DNA from: a virus
Taxonomy: Duplodnaviria; Caudoviricetes
Reading direction: 5' to 3' (one strand)
IMG/VR virus record: IMGVR_UViG_3300048584_000026
Coordinates: 1-56,403 of that record
DNA: 56,403 bases
Shown one piece after another: positions 55,662 to 56,403 of this stretch. Within the stretch, counting starts at the first letter, position 1, and the number at the start of each line of letters is the position of its first letter. The notes below the pieces were generated by a model. The model saw only the letters and a program-made list of their open reading frames with translations, was not told where the DNA came from and searched no databases. The position numbers and the translations under genes are program-made.

Positions 55662-56403
55662 GTCTCGACTCCTTGGGCTGGCCGGTTATCTCGGCCCGCA
55701 TATCCATGATGTAGCGGAAAAGCGCGTTCTGTGCATCCTCTTTCGATTGCAGGCGCTTGACGGCAACCTCGTCAGCAGAACCAGAGACGACCAGCGGCCA
55801 CGAGCGGACCGGGCGCGTCTGGCCTTGGCGGGCAAGGCGCTTGTGAATCTGGTACCACTTCTCGTAGCTCCAGAACATGTCGAAGATCGCGATGTCGTGG
55901 CCCGGCCCCTTTTGGAGGTTCAGGCCGAACTCGCTGCCCTGCGGGTGCGCCGCAAGCAGGCCGATCTTGCCCTTGTTCCATGCCTCCTGCTGGCTTCCCT
56001 GCCGGTCCATGACTTGCATTTTCGGAAATGCTTTCTTGAGCCGGGCGAGGCTTGACTGCCACCAGTACACCAGAAAAATCGGCTCGCCATGAAGCTCGTC
56101 GATTAGCTGCCGTAGCTCCTCGATCTTATGGTCATGGATCAGGCGGGCCTTCTTCTTGTCGTCGTAGACCGATCCGGAGCAGAACTGGAGGAGCTTCTGG
56201 CTCAGGCTCGCCGGACTGTCTGCGTCGATAAAGTCCTCGGGGCTGTCCGGGAGCCTGCTGAAATCAGCGTCAGGCCGCAGCCGCAGGATTCGGCTCTCGA
56301 TGAACTGGCGCTCCATTTCACGAAGCTCGGGGCCTAGCTCGATCTTGCGCGTCAGGTCCGCCCAGCCAGTCGCGACCGGAGGTAGGTGATCTTCTGCTTT
56401 CGC
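55615..56403 (-). CDS. SNF2-type helicase, C-terminal part (runs off the window end)
   Basis: KLLQFCSG, WNKGKI, HPQGSEFGLNLQ, RLARQGQ; frame is open to 56403. Confidence 0.88.
   Translation of the reverse strand, partial: AKAEDHLPPVATGWADLTRKIELGPELREMERQFIESRILRLRPDADFSRLPDSPEDFIDADSPASLSQKLLQFCSGSVYDDKKKARLIHDHKIEELRQLIDELHGEPIFLVYWWQSSLARLKKAFPKMQVMDRQGSQQEAWNKGKIGLLAAHPQGSEFGLNLQKGPGHDIAIFDMFWSYEKWYQIHKRLARQGQTRPVRSWPLVVSGSADEVAVKRLQSKEDAQNALFRYIMDMRAEITGQPKESRHAQTSDRASLAAAFD

Noticed and set aside
1-56403. Integrase, tRNA, reverse transcriptase/DGR, DNA hypermodification cluster
   Set aside because: No recognisable motifs seen by eye; a tool-based scan could still find weak cases

Overview
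Nearly complete, circularly permuted genome of a GC-rich (about 65% by eye) tailed phage with Chi-like/lambda-like organisation. GapR and DUF2793 homologues suggest an alphaproteobacterial host. The window opens inside a VRR-NUC-like gene and closes inside the SNF2-type helicase, so only a short stretch appears to be missing. Modules: replication (MTase, family A polymerase, SSB, Cas4-like exonuclease, prim-pol/helicase; 1-8.5 kb); small minus-strand genes (8.6-11.9 kb); an iteron-like array and a probable cos site (12.0-12.6 kb); a compositionally distinct, GATC-depleted block of orphan genes (12.6-18.85 kb) ending in a repeat cluster; a plus-strand accessory arm (ACP, Toprim, MazG-like, GapR, ParB-like, SLOG; 19-29.4 kb); lysis (29.5-32.4 kb); and tail, head and packaging genes (32.5-55.4 kb). 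I saw no integrase, tRNA or CRISPR array. The most unusual signals are: (1) about 25 genome-wide copies of the palindrome GGAAAT[C/G]ATTTCC together with a ParB-like protein; (2) a candidate sRNA whose loop is complementary to an extended RBS (AGGAGTCGA) shared by 8 genes; (3) a C-terminal (G)GL tag on about 12 unrelated proteins; (4) a restriction-site-depleted terminal block bounded by cos and a repeat cluster. All calls come from motif reading and hand counting; no database searches were run.
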